From: Gemmatimonadota bacterium
GTDB taxonomy: Bacteria; JAAXHH01
Direction: 5' to 3'
DNA: 64,000 nucleotides
Assembly: GCA_026702745.1 (NCBI GenBank)
Contig: JAPPBT010000046.1
Location: 17,884-81,883, forward strand
Shown here piece by piece: positions 37,676 through 47,784 of the stretch. Each line of letters starts with the position of its first letter. Position 1 is the stretch's first letter. The notes under the pieces were generated by a model. The model was not told the DNA's origin, did no database searches, and worked only from the letters and a program-made list of their open reading frames with translations. The position numbers were made by a program, and so were the translations under genes.

Positions 37676-38653
37676 ATGGAGTACGGCAACATCTCGAACG
37701 TCGACAAGCCTGTATCACGCCTGGTTCAGGGCACGATCATGCTGAGTTTCGCCGAGGAGGAATACAGTTTCGACCTGCTGGACCAGGTGTACGACGCGGG
37801 AATCAACACCTTCGACAGCGCCCACCTGTACGGCGGCGGCGAATGCGAACGCGTGCTGGGCCGCTGGATCGAAGACCGGGGCCTGCGCCGGGAAATCGTC
37901 ATTCTCACCAAGTGCTGCCACATGAATGCCGACCGGGCCCGCGTGACGCCCTACGATATCTCATCGGACCTGCACGACTCCCTGGCCCGCCTGAATACGG
38001 ACTACGTGGATCTCTACCTCCTGCATCGCGACGACGTAAGGGTTCCCGTCGCTCCGATCATGGATACGCTCAATCAGTACATCAGCGCGGGCATCCTGGG
38101 CGTAATCGGCGGATCCAACTGGACCCACGACCGCATCGAAAGGGCGAACCTGTACGCCGCCACCAGCGGACAGCAGCCCTTCACCGTGAGCAGTCCGAAT
38201 TTCAGCCTGGCCGAACAGGCCGAACCGCCGTGGCGGGGATGTATCAGCATCAGCGGGAAGGACGGGGCGGACGCGCGTTCGTGGTACCTGGAAAACCAGA
38301 TGCCGCTGTTTACCTGGTCCAGCATCGCCAGCGGGTTCTTCTCCGGCCGGGTAAATCGTGAGAATTACGAATCCCAGGCCGAACAGGGTCTCTTCGACGA
38401 AAGTTCCGTTCGGGCCTATTGCACGGACGACAACTTCGAACGACTGGACCGGGTCGAGGAACTGGCGAACGAAAAGGGCCTGTCCATACCCCAGGTCGCC
38501 CTGGCCTATGTGCTCAGCCAGCCGCTCAACATCTTTGCACTCGTCGGCGCTCGCAACGGCGATGAGATCCGAGCCAACCTGCAGGCACTTGAAACGAAGC
38601 TGACGGCCGAAGAGATGGCCTGGCTGAACCTGGAACGGACGGAGCGATTCTGA
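37676..38653 (+). CDS. Aldo/keto reductase
   Basis: FDSAHLYGGGECE...VDLYLLHRDD is the AKR pattern. 325 aa. Confidence 0.8.
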   Translation: MEYGNISNVDKPVSRLVQGTIMLSFAEEEYSFDLLDQVYDAGINTFDSAHLYGGGECERVLGRWIEDRGLRREIVILTKCCHMNADRARVTPYDISSDLHDSLARLNTDYVDLYLLHRDDVRVPVAPIMDTLNQYISAGILGVIGGSNWTHDRIERANLYAATSGQQPFTVSSPNFSLAEQAEPPWRGCISISGKDGADARSWYLENQMPLFTWSSIASGFFSGRVNRENYESQAEQGLFDESSVRAYCTDDNFERLDRVEELANEKGLSIPQVALAYVLSQPLNIFALVGARNGDEIRANLQALETKLTAEEMAWLNLERTERF

Positions 38654-38669
38654 CGCGAGGAATACCGCT

Positions 38670-40331
38670 ATGAGACCTGCAGCTTTATTGACCACAGTGC
38701 TGGGCCTTGCTATGCTCGGGCTTGCGGCATACACCGGCATGCCGGAAGCCCAGGTGCGCAACGCCGTCGGTCGAGTCATGCCCGCGGACGCAGCGCCGCT
38801 CGACCGGCAGGTCTTCCGCTTTCTGAATGACGAGCCGACCAACCTTGACATAGGCGTGGCCATCTACGAGGTAGGCGGCATCGTCTTCCTCTTCGAACGC
38901 CTCACCATGCTGGACCACAACAACCGCGTGATCCCGGGCGCCGCTTCCAGCTGGATGGCCAACGAGGATCAGACGAGGTGGACCTTCAAGATGCGACCCG
39001 GTGCGCGGTGGAGCGATGGCCGGCCGGTGACAGCCCGCGACTTCGAGTACAGCTACAAGCGCATGCTGGACCCCGCGTCCGGCAGCGGGTACGCCTTTTT
39101 CTACTACAACATCAAGGGCGCCCGGGCCTTCAATACCGGGCAGACCGACGATCCGGACTCGGTGGGCGTCTACGCGGTGGACGACATGACCCTCGTGATC
39201 GAAACCGACGGGCCCTGCCCGTACCTGCCCATGATCGCCGCCTTCTTCACCTCGATCCCGGTCCCCCGCTGGCAGGTCGAGCGGTTCGGCCCCCGCTGGG
39301 CGAGCGACGAGAATGTAGTCAGCAACTCCTCCTACAAGGTGGACAACTGGCGTATCGGGGAGCGTCTCACACTGTCACTCGATCCCTACTACAACGGTCC
39401 GATCAAGGGGTATTTGACCGAGATCCACTCCATGTTCCAGAACCGGGTAAACACCGGGCTGCTTTCCTACGAGAACGACGAACTGGACCTGGTGCAAATC
39501 GACGTGCGCGACCTCACCCGGATCGAGGATGATTCCGAGTTGAGCGCGGAATTGCACAAGTACATGGATTTCAACGCGCTTTACTTGTTTTTCCGGACGC
39601 GCGAAGGCGTGTTCAACGACCACCGGGTGAGAAAGGCCATCAGCCATGCCATCGATCGTGACGCGCTCTGCAACATCGTGCTGCGGGGAACGGCCCTGCC
39701 CGCGTACACCATGCTGCCGCCGGGCTTTCCGGGTTATTCGGGCGATGCCTTGAAGGACGTCCAGCGGTACGATCCCGAACTGGCGCGCAGCCTCCTGGTC
39801 GAGGCCGGGTATCCGGGCGGCCGGGGATTCCCCTCGGTGGACATCTGGCTGCGTAACGACCCGAACCGAATCATGGCGGCCGAAGCGATATCGGGGATGC
39901 TGTCCAACAACCTGAGCCTCAAGGTAGGCGTCCGAAACATGGAGCCCCGGGTCTACAGCGAGGCCATGGCCCAGTACCGGATCGACCTCAGCCTGATTCC
40001 CTTCCAGTACGATTTCCCAGACCCCCACAACCTCCTCGGCATGGTCTGGCACTCGCAGCCCGTGGGCGCGGGCCGCCACGACTGGATGAACGCGGAGTTC
40101 GACCGCCTGGTCGACGAAGCGGCCAGGGAGACCGACGAGGTACGCCGTTTCGAGATGTATAACGAAGCGGAACGGATCCTGGTCGAAGACGTGGGCGGCG
40201 TCTTCCTCTACCACGACTACTTCCTGCAGCTTCGCAAACCCTGGCTGGCGGGCTGGAAAAAGGACTCCATGGGCCAGGAACCCTTCTTCATCGACAATTC
40301 CACGATTACGGATCTGTATATCCGGCGGTAG
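38670..40331 (+). CDS. Periplasmic solute-binding protein, family 5 (paralog 2)
   Basis: 553 aa with a signal peptide. It shares long blocks with the SBPs at 6501 and 50085 (e.g. RWSDGRPVTA.DFE..KR.L.P..G..YAF.YY.IKGA.A.N). Confidence 0.8.
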   Translation: MRPAALLTTVLGLAMLGLAAYTGMPEAQVRNAVGRVMPADAAPLDRQVFRFLNDEPTNLDIGVAIYEVGGIVFLFERLTMLDHNNRVIPGAASSWMANEDQTRWTFKMRPGARWSDGRPVTARDFEYSYKRMLDPASGSGYAFFYYNIKGARAFNTGQTDDPDSVGVYAVDDMTLVIETDGPCPYLPMIAAFFTSIPVPRWQVERFGPRWASDENVVSNSSYKVDNWRIGERLTLSLDPYYNGPIKGYLTEIHSMFQNRVNTGLLSYENDELDLVQIDVRDLTRIEDDSELSAELHKYMDFNALYLFFRTREGVFNDHRVRKAISHAIDRDALCNIVLRGTALPAYTMLPPGFPGYSGDALKDVQRYDPELARSLLVEAGYPGGRGFPSVDIWLRNDPNRIMAAEAISGMLSNNLSLKVGVRNMEPRVYSEAMAQYRIDLSLIPFQYDFPDPHNLLGMVWHSQPVGAGRHDWMNAEFDRLVDEAARETDEVRRFEMYNEAERILVEDVGGVFLYHDYFLQLRKPWLAGWKKDSMGQEPFFIDNSTITDLYIRR

Positions 40332-40378
40332 GGGAAATACGTAGCGGCAAACGAGTTTCCGGACGGGTCCGATCGAAT

Positions 40379-41680
40379 CTACCGGATCCGCGCCAGGTCC
40401 TCCCAGAAGCGTGGATAGGTCTTCCCGACTACGCCCGGGTTGAGGATATTAAAGTTCCCCAGGCGAGTTCCCAGCACGGCAAAACTCATGGCCATGCGGT
40501 GGTCGTGGTAGGTTTCAATATCAATTCCGTCTTTAGCTGCGTCTTTGGCGTCCGCCGCGCCTGGAGGCAGATCCCCGACCTCGATGAAGTCCGGTCCCGT
40601 CTTCACTGCCACGCCGATCTTCCGTAACTCCGCCGCGGGGCACTCGATCCGGTCACACTCCTTGTGCTTCAACGTGCCGATTCCCGCTATCCTGGTCGTA
40701 CCTGGTATCAGCGGGGCGATCGCAATCAGGGTCAGTGCGGCGTCTGGTATGTCCCCGCAGTCGATTTCTCCCCCCGCCGGAAGTACGCGGCCATCTTTCG
40801 GTCCTTCCATAACGGTCCTTATCTTGTCCAGTCGGACATTGGCGCCCAGGGTTTCGCAGATGGAAAGGAATCGGATATCCCCTTGCCGTGTTTCGGATCC
40901 GAGGTTCTCAAAGACCATCTTCCCGCCATGGATAAGGGCGAGCGCCGCGAAGTAGGAGCCGGCGGAAGCATCTCCTTCCACCGAACGGGGTCCTGAACGA
41001 TACCGCTGTGGCTTGACCACGAACTTGCGGTAGTTGTCGTTCTCTACTTCTACACCGAACTTTCGCATTTCGTTCAGCGTGATGTCGATGTACGGCTTGC
41101 TGACCAGATCGCCGTCGACCTGTATACGCAGACCATCGGGCAGTAGAGGTGCGACCTGCAGGAGGGCGGAGAAAAACTGGCTGGAAACATCGCCTTTCAT
41201 CCGGACCAGATGTTGGGACGCCTTGGGACCTTTGATGGAAACTGGCAGACATCCGTCGTTGGAGGATGCCGTTTCCCCACCCAGTTGCTCCAAAGCATCG
41301 AGTAGTGGAGAATTGGGTCTTTCGTTCAAGCTGCCCCGCCCGGCCAGTCGGGTCTCGTCGGTCCTGAGGGCCGACAGGGCGATCAGGAAGCGGGCTGAAG
41401 TACCGCTGAGTCCGAGGTCAAGGCTTACCGGTCCTTCTGCGAAGCGTCCGCCTCTTCCTTCCACGGCCATCCGTCGATAGTCGTCACTCGCCTGGATCGC
41501 GATCCCGAGTTCACCCAGGCATTCCACCATCTCCCGGGTGTCGTCACAGTCGCAGGGCGCGTCGATCTCGGTCGTTCCTTCGGCCAGCGAAGCAAGTACC
41601 AGGTTCCTCAGCGTAATGGATTTGCTTCCTGGCAGAGCTATGCTATGGTCTATGCTATTACGAATCGTATTGATAATCAT
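40379..41680 (-). CDS. aroA: 3-phosphoshikimate 1-carboxyvinyltransferase (EPSP synthase)
   Basis: LPGSKSITLR is the N-terminal motif. 433 aa with the two-domain EPT fold pattern. Confidence 0.75.
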   Translation of the reverse strand: MIINTIRNSIDHSIALPGSKSITLRNLVLASLAEGTTEIDAPCDCDDTREMVECLGELGIAIQASDDYRRMAVEGRGGRFAEGPVSLDLGLSGTSARFLIALSALRTDETRLAGRGSLNERPNSPLLDALEQLGGETASSNDGCLPVSIKGPKASQHLVRMKGDVSSQFFSALLQVAPLLPDGLRIQVDGDLVSKPYIDITLNEMRKFGVEVENDNYRKFVVKPQRYRSGPRSVEGDASAGSYFAALALIHGGKMVFENLGSETRQGDIRFLSICETLGANVRLDKIRTVMEGPKDGRVLPAGGEIDCGDIPDAALTLIAIAPLIPGTTRIAGIGTLKHKECDRIECPAAELRKIGVAVKTGPDFIEVGDLPPGAADAKDAAKDGIDIETYHDHRMAMSFAVLGTRLGNFNILNPGVVGKTYPRFWEDLARIR

Positions 41681-41701
41681 TGTATTAATACGAAAACGTG
41701 T

Positions 41702-42466
41702 TTAAACACATCCTTCATAAGCCTTTCCCGATACCAGGTCGTACTCCGGCATGACGCCGTTTCCGATGAACTTCGAACGGGCATCCATGTAAGCGACGGT
41801 CAGGCCGATGCGACGGTCGTCGCTGGTATTGGCGTCGGTGCGGTGAAGCGCGAGGCTGTGGTGGAACGAGCAACTGCCTGCCTTCAAGGGTACGGCGACC
41901 TCCCGTTCATAGCCGACCTGGGCGTCCTCGACGCGAAAGTCCTCGAGATGCTTGTGCTCGATCACGCCGGCCCTGTGGGAACCGGAAATGAAACGCATGC
42001 ACCCGTTGTTCTCGGTGGCGTCGTTCAGGGCGATCCAGCAGATCACGAGATTGGGCGGATCGATGCTCGTCCAGTAGGCCGAGTCCTGGTGGGGTGGTTT
42101 CGCCGATCCCACCCGGGGCGGTTTGCAGAGCGTCTGGTCCACGTAGATCTTGAGATCCGGACCGATCAGGCTTCGGACCACGCCGAGGATCTTCGGATGC
42201 CAGGCCAGTTCCTTGAATACCGGATCGTGTTTCGTCAGGTTCCAGATCTTGCGCACGTTGTTGAAGCGCACCGGATCAGCCTGCATTTCGCCGAGTTCCA
42301 CGCGCGGTTCGATCTGAACGTATTCGTCCGGGAAATCGACCCGTTCGTTGCCGATATCTTCGAGCCGCTGGTGCAGCGCCTTGACCTCGAGCGGCGTCAG
42401 CAGGTCCTCGTAAGGGAGAAAACCCTGTTCGTTGAACTGGTCGATCTGTGCCTTCGTCAACGACAC
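41702..42466 (-). CDS. Phytanoyl-CoA dioxygenase (PhyH)-family Fe(II)/2-oxoglutarate-dependent oxygenase
   Basis: PHQDSAYW and the distal His are present. 254 aa. Confidence 0.7.
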   Translation of the reverse strand: MSLTKAQIDQFNEQGFLPYEDLLTPLEVKALHQRLEDIGNERVDFPDEYVQIEPRVELGEMQADPVRFNNVRKIWNLTKHDPVFKELAWHPKILGVVRSLIGPDLKIYVDQTLCKPPRVGSAKPPHQDSAYWTSIDPPNLVICWIALNDATENNGCMRFISGSHRAGVIEHKHLEDFRVEDAQVGYEREVAVPLKAGSCSFHHSLALHRTDANTSDDRRIGLTVAYMDARSKFIGNGVMPEYDLVSGKAYEGCV

Positions 42467-42496
42467 AACTTGCCTCCTTTAAGGTGCACTTGACCA

Positions 42497-43231
42497 CTAA
42501 GGGGAACTGAACCACCACGCGGACCAGGCAAGAACCAGCTCCGCTAGCGCAGAGTAACCGCCATCGGCCGGATGAACGCGGTCGCCAAGGACCGCTTCGC
42601 TCTGCCAGACACCGCCGACATGCAGTTCGTGGATCACTTCGAGATAAGGCACGCCGACCCTTCCGGCGATCTCTCCGACGAGTGAGGAAACTTCCACCCT
42701 TCTTCCGTGTTCGTCTGCATCGGTCCCGGGTGGCGGTCCGATCATCAACGTGGGAAACAGGGAGCGTGCGCGTGACAGGATCTCTTCGGTGTTGCGAATG
42801 GTGTCGGCGCGGTCCACGCGCGTATTCCCGTCCACGATCCAGCAGTCGTTCGCGCCGAATCCGAACACCACCCGGCCGTCGTGAGGTATCAAACGCCGGG
42901 CCTCCACTTCCCGTTCCCAGCGCCGGAGCACGTCGGTGCTCGTATCTCCGCGGATGCCCAGGTTATAGCAGGTGATGGCATTCTCATCGGACCGCGACGC
43001 GGCACACGCCCGTCCCGGCCAGCCGAGATAAGCCGGGTCGCCGGTACCGTTCACGTAGGAATCACCGATAAAGTAGATGCGGATGTCGTTCAATGCCGTT
43101 CGGTCCTCTCTGCCTGTCCCAGGTCCGGTCCGTTGTACTGATCCGCCATTCCATCTGGTCTCATGGGAAATCCACCCACCGGCCGGTTGGTTTTGCACGC
43201 CGATCAAGGGCGTGAACGTCGCCATAAGCAT
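42497..43231 (-). CDS. SGNH/GDSL-family hydrolase
   Basis: YFIGDSYVNG is the GDS block, and later blocks carry DxxH. The start codon is uncertain. Confidence 0.55.
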   Translation of the reverse strand: MLMATFTPLIGVQNQPAGGWISHETRWNGGSVQRTGPGTGREDRTALNDIRIYFIGDSYVNGTGDPAYLGWPGRACAASRSDENAITCYNLGIRGDTSTDVLRRWEREVEARRLIPHDGRVVFGFGANDCWIVDGNTRVDRADTIRNTEEILSRARSLFPTLMIGPPPGTDADEHGRRVEVSSLVGEIAGRVGVPYLEVIHELHVGGVWQSEAVLGDRVHPADGGYSALAELVLAWSAWWFSSP

Positions 43232-43382
43232 ACGAATTCACGCGGTAATTATCAATTGCCAATTTCGCCGCGATATGGAAAATTGACCACGGAACGACGT
43301 ATTGAATAGACCTTCAACAACCGTGATGGGTCAACAACCGCGATTGTAGGTAAAGTGAAGGAATAGATGATGGATTGCACCC

Positions 43383-44390
43383 ATGCGCGCATACGTGATT
43401 GACCACGACCAGCTTCGCCTGGTCGATCTGGCGGAACCGGGAGAGCCCGGTCCCGGCGAGGCGCTGGTCAGGGTCCGGTCCGTATCGCTCAATTACCGGG
43501 ACCTCATGGTCGCCAGGGGCCGATACGGAAAACCCTTCGAGGGCAGGTTCGTCGCCGGGTCCGACATGGCGGGCGACGTGTTGGAAACGGGAACCGGAGT
43601 GTCGGGCATCCTGCCGGGCGACCGGGTCGTGAACGCGCCGTTCATGCGCTGGCCCGCCGGAAGACTCACGCCCGACCGGATGAAGACCCTGGTGGGTGCG
43701 GGCGGCGTAGACGGCGTACTGTGCGAGCAAGTGCTGTATCCCGCGGACGCCCTGGTTTCCATGCCGTCCCACTTCTCCTACCACGAAGGCGCTACGTTGC
43801 CCATCGCCGGACTGACCGCCTGGGCTTCGGTCGTATCTCAGGGTCGACTGCAGGCAGGGGAGTGGGTCCTCCTGCACGGCACGGGCGGAGTGTCCGTGTT
43901 CGCTGCACAACTCGCGAAACTCACTGGGGCGCAAGCGTTATTAACCACGTCATCCGAAGAAAAAGCCCGACGGATGAAGGATGAATTCGGGGTGTTGGAG
44001 ACCTTCGATTACAGAGACGATGATTGGCCGGAGCAGGTACGTTCCTATACCGGCGGTTCCGGTGTCGACCTGGTCGTAGACGTGGCGGGCGGCCAGACTT
44101 TCGCGAAGTCCCTGAAAGCCTGCGCGCTGCACGCCCGGATTTCCCTCGTGGGCATCCTGGACGGTTTCGAGTCCCGCCTCAATCCCTTCGACATCATCGG
44201 CAGGCAAATCCAGATACGAGGGATCTACACCTCAACCACCGAAGACCTGCACGATCTGGCCAGGGCCTGCGAAGCGTCGGGACTCAGGCCCTGCATCGAC
44301 CGGGTATTTCCCTTCGATAAAGTGCCCTCGGCCTACGATTACCTCGAATCACAACGACATATCGGCAAGATTGTGTGTGCGTTGCCGTGA
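43383..44390 (+). CDS. Zinc-binding/medium-chain dehydrogenase family quinone oxidoreductase (NADPH-dependent)
   Basis: 335 aa with a GroES-like N-domain and a Rossmann region containing GGVSVFA. Confidence 0.75.
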   Translation: MRAYVIDHDQLRLVDLAEPGEPGPGEALVRVRSVSLNYRDLMVARGRYGKPFEGRFVAGSDMAGDVLETGTGVSGILPGDRVVNAPFMRWPAGRLTPDRMKTLVGAGGVDGVLCEQVLYPADALVSMPSHFSYHEGATLPIAGLTAWASVVSQGRLQAGEWVLLHGTGGVSVFAAQLAKLTGAQALLTTSSEEKARRMKDEFGVLETFDYRDDDWPEQVRSYTGGSGVDLVVDVAGGQTFAKSLKACALHARISLVGILDGFESRLNPFDIIGRQIQIRGIYTSTTEDLHDLARACEASGLRPCIDRVFPFDKVPSAYDYLESQRHIGKIVCALP

Positions 44391-44406
44391 CGGGGCCTAT
44401 GAGGGT

Positions 44407-46671
44407 CTAGCGGATCTTCAGGTGCCGTTTTCGGTCGGTCACCCGACCAATGCAGGCCGCCTGGGCGTAACCGGCGTCCCGCAGTTTTACGAGTACCTCG
44501 TCGATACGGGCGGCAGGCACGCCGGCCAGCAGTCCACCCGAGGTCTGAGGGTCGAAGAGGAGGGCGTCCTCCGCGCCAGGTCCCGACTCCACCTGCCATC
44601 TCTTCCGCAAATGTTCCCGGTTGGACGGCGCCAGTGTACTTTCCACGCCGGCAACCACGCAATCCGCCGCACCGTCGTAAAGCGGTATACCGTCGATTTC
44701 AATCTCCGCACCCGTGCCGCTGGCCTCAAGCATTTCTACGAGGTGTCCCGCCAGACCGAAGCCGGTCACGTCGGTGACGGAAGGAATGCCGGCTTGCGCA
44801 AGTATACTCGCCGCCTTCGCATTGGACCGCAGCATGCCTTCGAAGACTTCGTCGACCCAGCTTCCCTTGGCCTTGAGGTGCATGTCGGCCGCCAGGATGA
44901 CGCCCGTGCCGACGGGCTTGGTGAGGATGAGCCCATCACCGGGACGCAGCCCGCCCTTCCTGAATACGGCGTCGCTGCCGGTCAAACCGTTCATGGTTAC
45001 GCTGACGGCCGTCTCCGTTCCCTCGCTCGTATGCCCGCCGAGGAGCGTGACCCCGAGGCGCCGGGCTTCTTCCGCGATGCCGCCCATGAGCTGTCTCAGG
45101 TCGTTCGCCACGAGCGGTTTTTCCGCGTAGGGCAGCGTGACTGTAACCAGTGCGGAGTGGGGTTCGGCTCCCATGGCGTATAGATCGGACGCGGCGTGGA
45201 CAAGGGCGATGCGACCGAAGAGGTGCAGGTCGCCGGTAAAGGCGCGGAAGCCGTCCACGGTCTGTACCAGCGACCGGCCGGGAGGGATCACAAGCTGCGC
45301 TGCGTCGTCGGCGTCGTGCAGGCCGATCCGCACGTCCTCCCGGTCGAATACTTCCAGTTCGTCAAGCACGCCGGTCAAAACGGTCGAACCGACCTTGGCG
45401 CCGCACCCGGCGCAGCGCATGGCCGACACTTCCGGGCCTTCGCCGGCTTCTTCACCGGTGAGATGCGCCTCGCGGTCGGACGGGGCATCCCTGGCGCGTG
45501 ACCCCGAGTCGGCCGGGTCCATGGGCGGCAGCAGGGCGGGGTCGAACTTTCGCATCCAGCGCCGGTCGATCCAGTCCTTCAGCCGCCACACCCACGGGCC
45601 GTGGAAGGAGGCGTGGCGCCGGCTCGCGACGGCGTTCCGCGTCCCGGTCATGAGCAGCGCGAGCGAGGAAGCCTGGGGTCTGTATGGAACCAGGGATCGG
45701 TGCTCGAGCCAGGCATGAATGTTTCGGGCCAGGACCGGTCCCTCCCGTACCGCGTATACACCCGATTTGGGCAGGGAACGGGAAGGAAATTCGATACAAT
45801 CACCCGCCGCGAACACGTTGTCGAAACCCATGGCCTGCAGGGTGGGCCGGACGCGGATGAACCCGGCACCGCAGGTCTCCAGGTTTGTATCCTTCAACAG
45901 ACCGGGAGGCGCTCCGCCTGTTGCCCAGAGCAGGAAGTCGCAGGGCAGGGACGGATGATCCTCGAAATGGACCGCTGTTTCGTCCACACCCGCGACGCGC
46001 AGGCCGGTAAGGCATTCGATCCCCTTTTCTTCGAGGTACCGCCCAATGATCGCGGCGACCCGGGGACGGTGCCCGGTCAGCAAAGTCGCCTGCGAATCCA
46101 CGAGGGTGATCTGGACGGGCGCGAATCGTTCTTGCCATCTCGAGTGCATGGCGAAGGCCAGTTCCACGCCCGCCGCACCGCCTCCCGCGATGACGATCCG
46201 CAACGGCCGGCCGTCGCTCCGGTGGTTTTCCTCGAACTGGTGAACCCGCTTCAGCAGCAGGCCGAGCGGCCTCGTGGGCACGGCATGTTCCCGCACCCCC
46301 GGTGTGTCCATGCCCCTGGGGATCGAACCGATGTTGATCGAAAGGACATCGTAGGCAAGGGGAGGACGGCCGTCGTCGAAATGAACCTGCTGGAGAGCCG
46401 GGTCGAGGCCGGCCATCCGGGCCCGGACGAACCGGACACCCGCCCAGTTGCACAGCGGCCTCAGTTCCATTTCCATCTCGTCGGGCCGGTACAGGCCGGC
46501 AAGGCAACCGGGCAGCATACCGGAATAGCAGGCGGTGGATTCATCCGAGATAAGCGTGACGCGGATGCCCCCCAGGGCCTTCTTCATGGCCAGCATGCGG
46601 ATCACCTGCACGTGGGAATGGCCACCGCCGACGAGCACGAGGTCTTTTTTGAATGGGATAGTCTGGTTCAT
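44407..46671 (-). CDS. selD: Fusion protein: N-terminal FAD/NAD(P)-binding NADH-dehydrogenase-like oxidoreductase domain joined to C-terminal selenide, water dikinase (SelD), Cys type
   Basis: The N-terminus has the Rossmann signature LVLVGGGHSH. The C-terminal half has the SelD pattern AGCGAKVG, with Cys at the Sec/Cys position, followed by AIR-synthase-like domains. The likely start is MNQTIPF at 46671; the track extends to 46854. Confidence 0.75.
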   Translation of the reverse strand: MNQTIPFKKDLVLVGGGHSHVQVIRMLAMKKALGGIRVTLISDESTACYSGMLPGCLAGLYRPDEMEMELRPLCNWAGVRFVRARMAGLDPALQQVHFDDGRPPLAYDVLSINIGSIPRGMDTPGVREHAVPTRPLGLLLKRVHQFEENHRSDGRPLRIVIAGGGAAGVELAFAMHSRWQERFAPVQITLVDSQATLLTGHRPRVAAIIGRYLEEKGIECLTGLRVAGVDETAVHFEDHPSLPCDFLLWATGGAPPGLLKDTNLETCGAGFIRVRPTLQAMGFDNVFAAGDCIEFPSRSLPKSGVYAVREGPVLARNIHAWLEHRSLVPYRPQASSLALLMTGTRNAVASRRHASFHGPWVWRLKDWIDRRWMRKFDPALLPPMDPADSGSRARDAPSDREAHLTGEEAGEGPEVSAMRCAGCGAKVGSTVLTGVLDELEVFDREDVRIGLHDADDAAQLVIPPGRSLVQTVDGFRAFTGDLHLFGRIALVHAASDLYAMGAEPHSALVTVTLPYAEKPLVANDLRQLMGGIAEEARRLGVTLLGGHTSEGTETAVSVTMNGLTGSDAVFRKGGLRPGDGLILTKPVGTGVILAADMHLKAKGSWVDEVFEGMLRSNAKAASILAQAGIPSVTDVTGFGLAGHLVEMLEASGTGAEIEIDGIPLYDGAADCVVAGVESTLAPSNREHLRKRWQVESGPGAEDALLFDPQTSGGLLAGVPAARIDEVLVKLRDAGYAQAACIGRVTDRKRHLKIR

Positions 46672-46974
46672 GATAGTTTCTACATTGTATCGACACCGTA
46701 TCGACGGTCGCATGGTATCGGACGCCTTCGAGACCCGAGCAATCCGGCGACCGCGAGGGTATGGAATATACAGAGCGTAGACGTGCGGCCAAAGACCATA
46801 ATGACTGAGGAATGCCTCTGACGGATGATCAAAATGTCCGCTTTGCGGCGTCAATAAAGCAACCTGGTCGACCTTGACACGTTCAGTAGATTATCCTGAC
46901 GAAGCGGCCATTCCCAAACTCGGTGAACCGCGTGCGAGACGTCCTGAGGTAAACAACTTACAGAGGGAGCATCC

Positions 46975-47508
46975 ATGGCGTTCAACATCAGGAAGCGGGG
47001 CAAGTTGACCTACTATTACCACGGCGAAAACCCGGTGCTGTCGGCCCTGGTTACGGAAGCGCAGCCGGACGGTGACCTGAAGATCTACTTCGCCGGACTC
47101 ACGGGCGGTTATTCCGCCAAGGGCGTGCTGGAGCGGGATGAACTGGTATCGATGGAACCGGACCAGGAGATCCCCCTGGTCTTTCAGAGCTGGGAGAAAT
47201 GGCTGATCGATGCCGGCCTGTGCAAGTCGCTGCGGGAAATCGACTTCATCGAAGTGCACGCCTTCGGGTGCCAGCCCAAGTCGCCGAATCCTCTCGTGGA
47301 CCCGGTGGGATACGCCGCCGAGCAGGATCGGCTGAAGGAAGCGTACGCCCGGGCGTACAGCAGCTTCTTCAGGGACTACCTGCCGGCCAACGGCGTGCCG
47401 TGCCGCTTTACGGTCCATCTCGTCGACGTCCCCGACAAGGCAGCGTCTTACGAGTTCTACTCCACGGCCCTGTGGCAGCGGTCGCTCCAGTCCGGATCGT
47501 CCGGATGA
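46975..47508 (+). CDS. Hypothetical protein, 177 aa, no recognisable domain
   Basis: ORF in coding-like composition, divergent from selD. Function unknown. Confidence 0.4.
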   Translation: MAFNIRKRGKLTYYYHGENPVLSALVTEAQPDGDLKIYFAGLTGGYSAKGVLERDELVSMEPDQEIPLVFQSWEKWLIDAGLCKSLREIDFIEVHAFGCQPKSPNPLVDPVGYAAEQDRLKEAYARAYSSFFRDYLPANGVPCRFTVHLVDVPDKAASYEFYSTALWQRSLQSGSSG

Positions 47509-47695
47509 CTTGTGCGGAAACGGCCCGTCGAAACCGTTTGAGTTCTTCGACCGACCGGGCGATGGACTGGCGTGACACCCGGCTGTTCACGCAGTCTAGT
47601 CATCGAGGCACCCGGGCTGATTACCGGCTTGACACCCCGTCGAATCAGGATCATATTCACCGGGTTCATTCCACCGATTTGACTGACCGATATTG

Positions 47696-47747
47696 CCGTC
47701 TGACTTAACGGTCTGATTTAGCCGTCTGAATGGACGGCCTGATTTCC
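47696..47747. repeat. Array of four direct repeats with a 13-bp period (CCGTCTGA / CGGTCTGA / CCGTCTGA / CGGCCTGA), about 40 bp upstream of the sulfatase operon
   Basis: Read directly from the sequence. Spacing is exactly 13 bp for each copy. A TTGACT hexamer lies just upstream at about 47679. Confidence 0.55.
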
Positions 47748-47784
47748 TACCTCTTCTCCGTACGCACCCCGGAAGGAGCGATGC

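Noticed and set aside
44407-46854. Selenocysteine (TGA) codon in SelD or a neighbouring selenoprotein gene
   Set aside because: SelD has Cys (AGCGAKVG) at the Sec position and reads through without an in-frame TGA. No SECIS-like hairpin was seen in the adjacent ORFs, so no selenoprotein is supported in this window.
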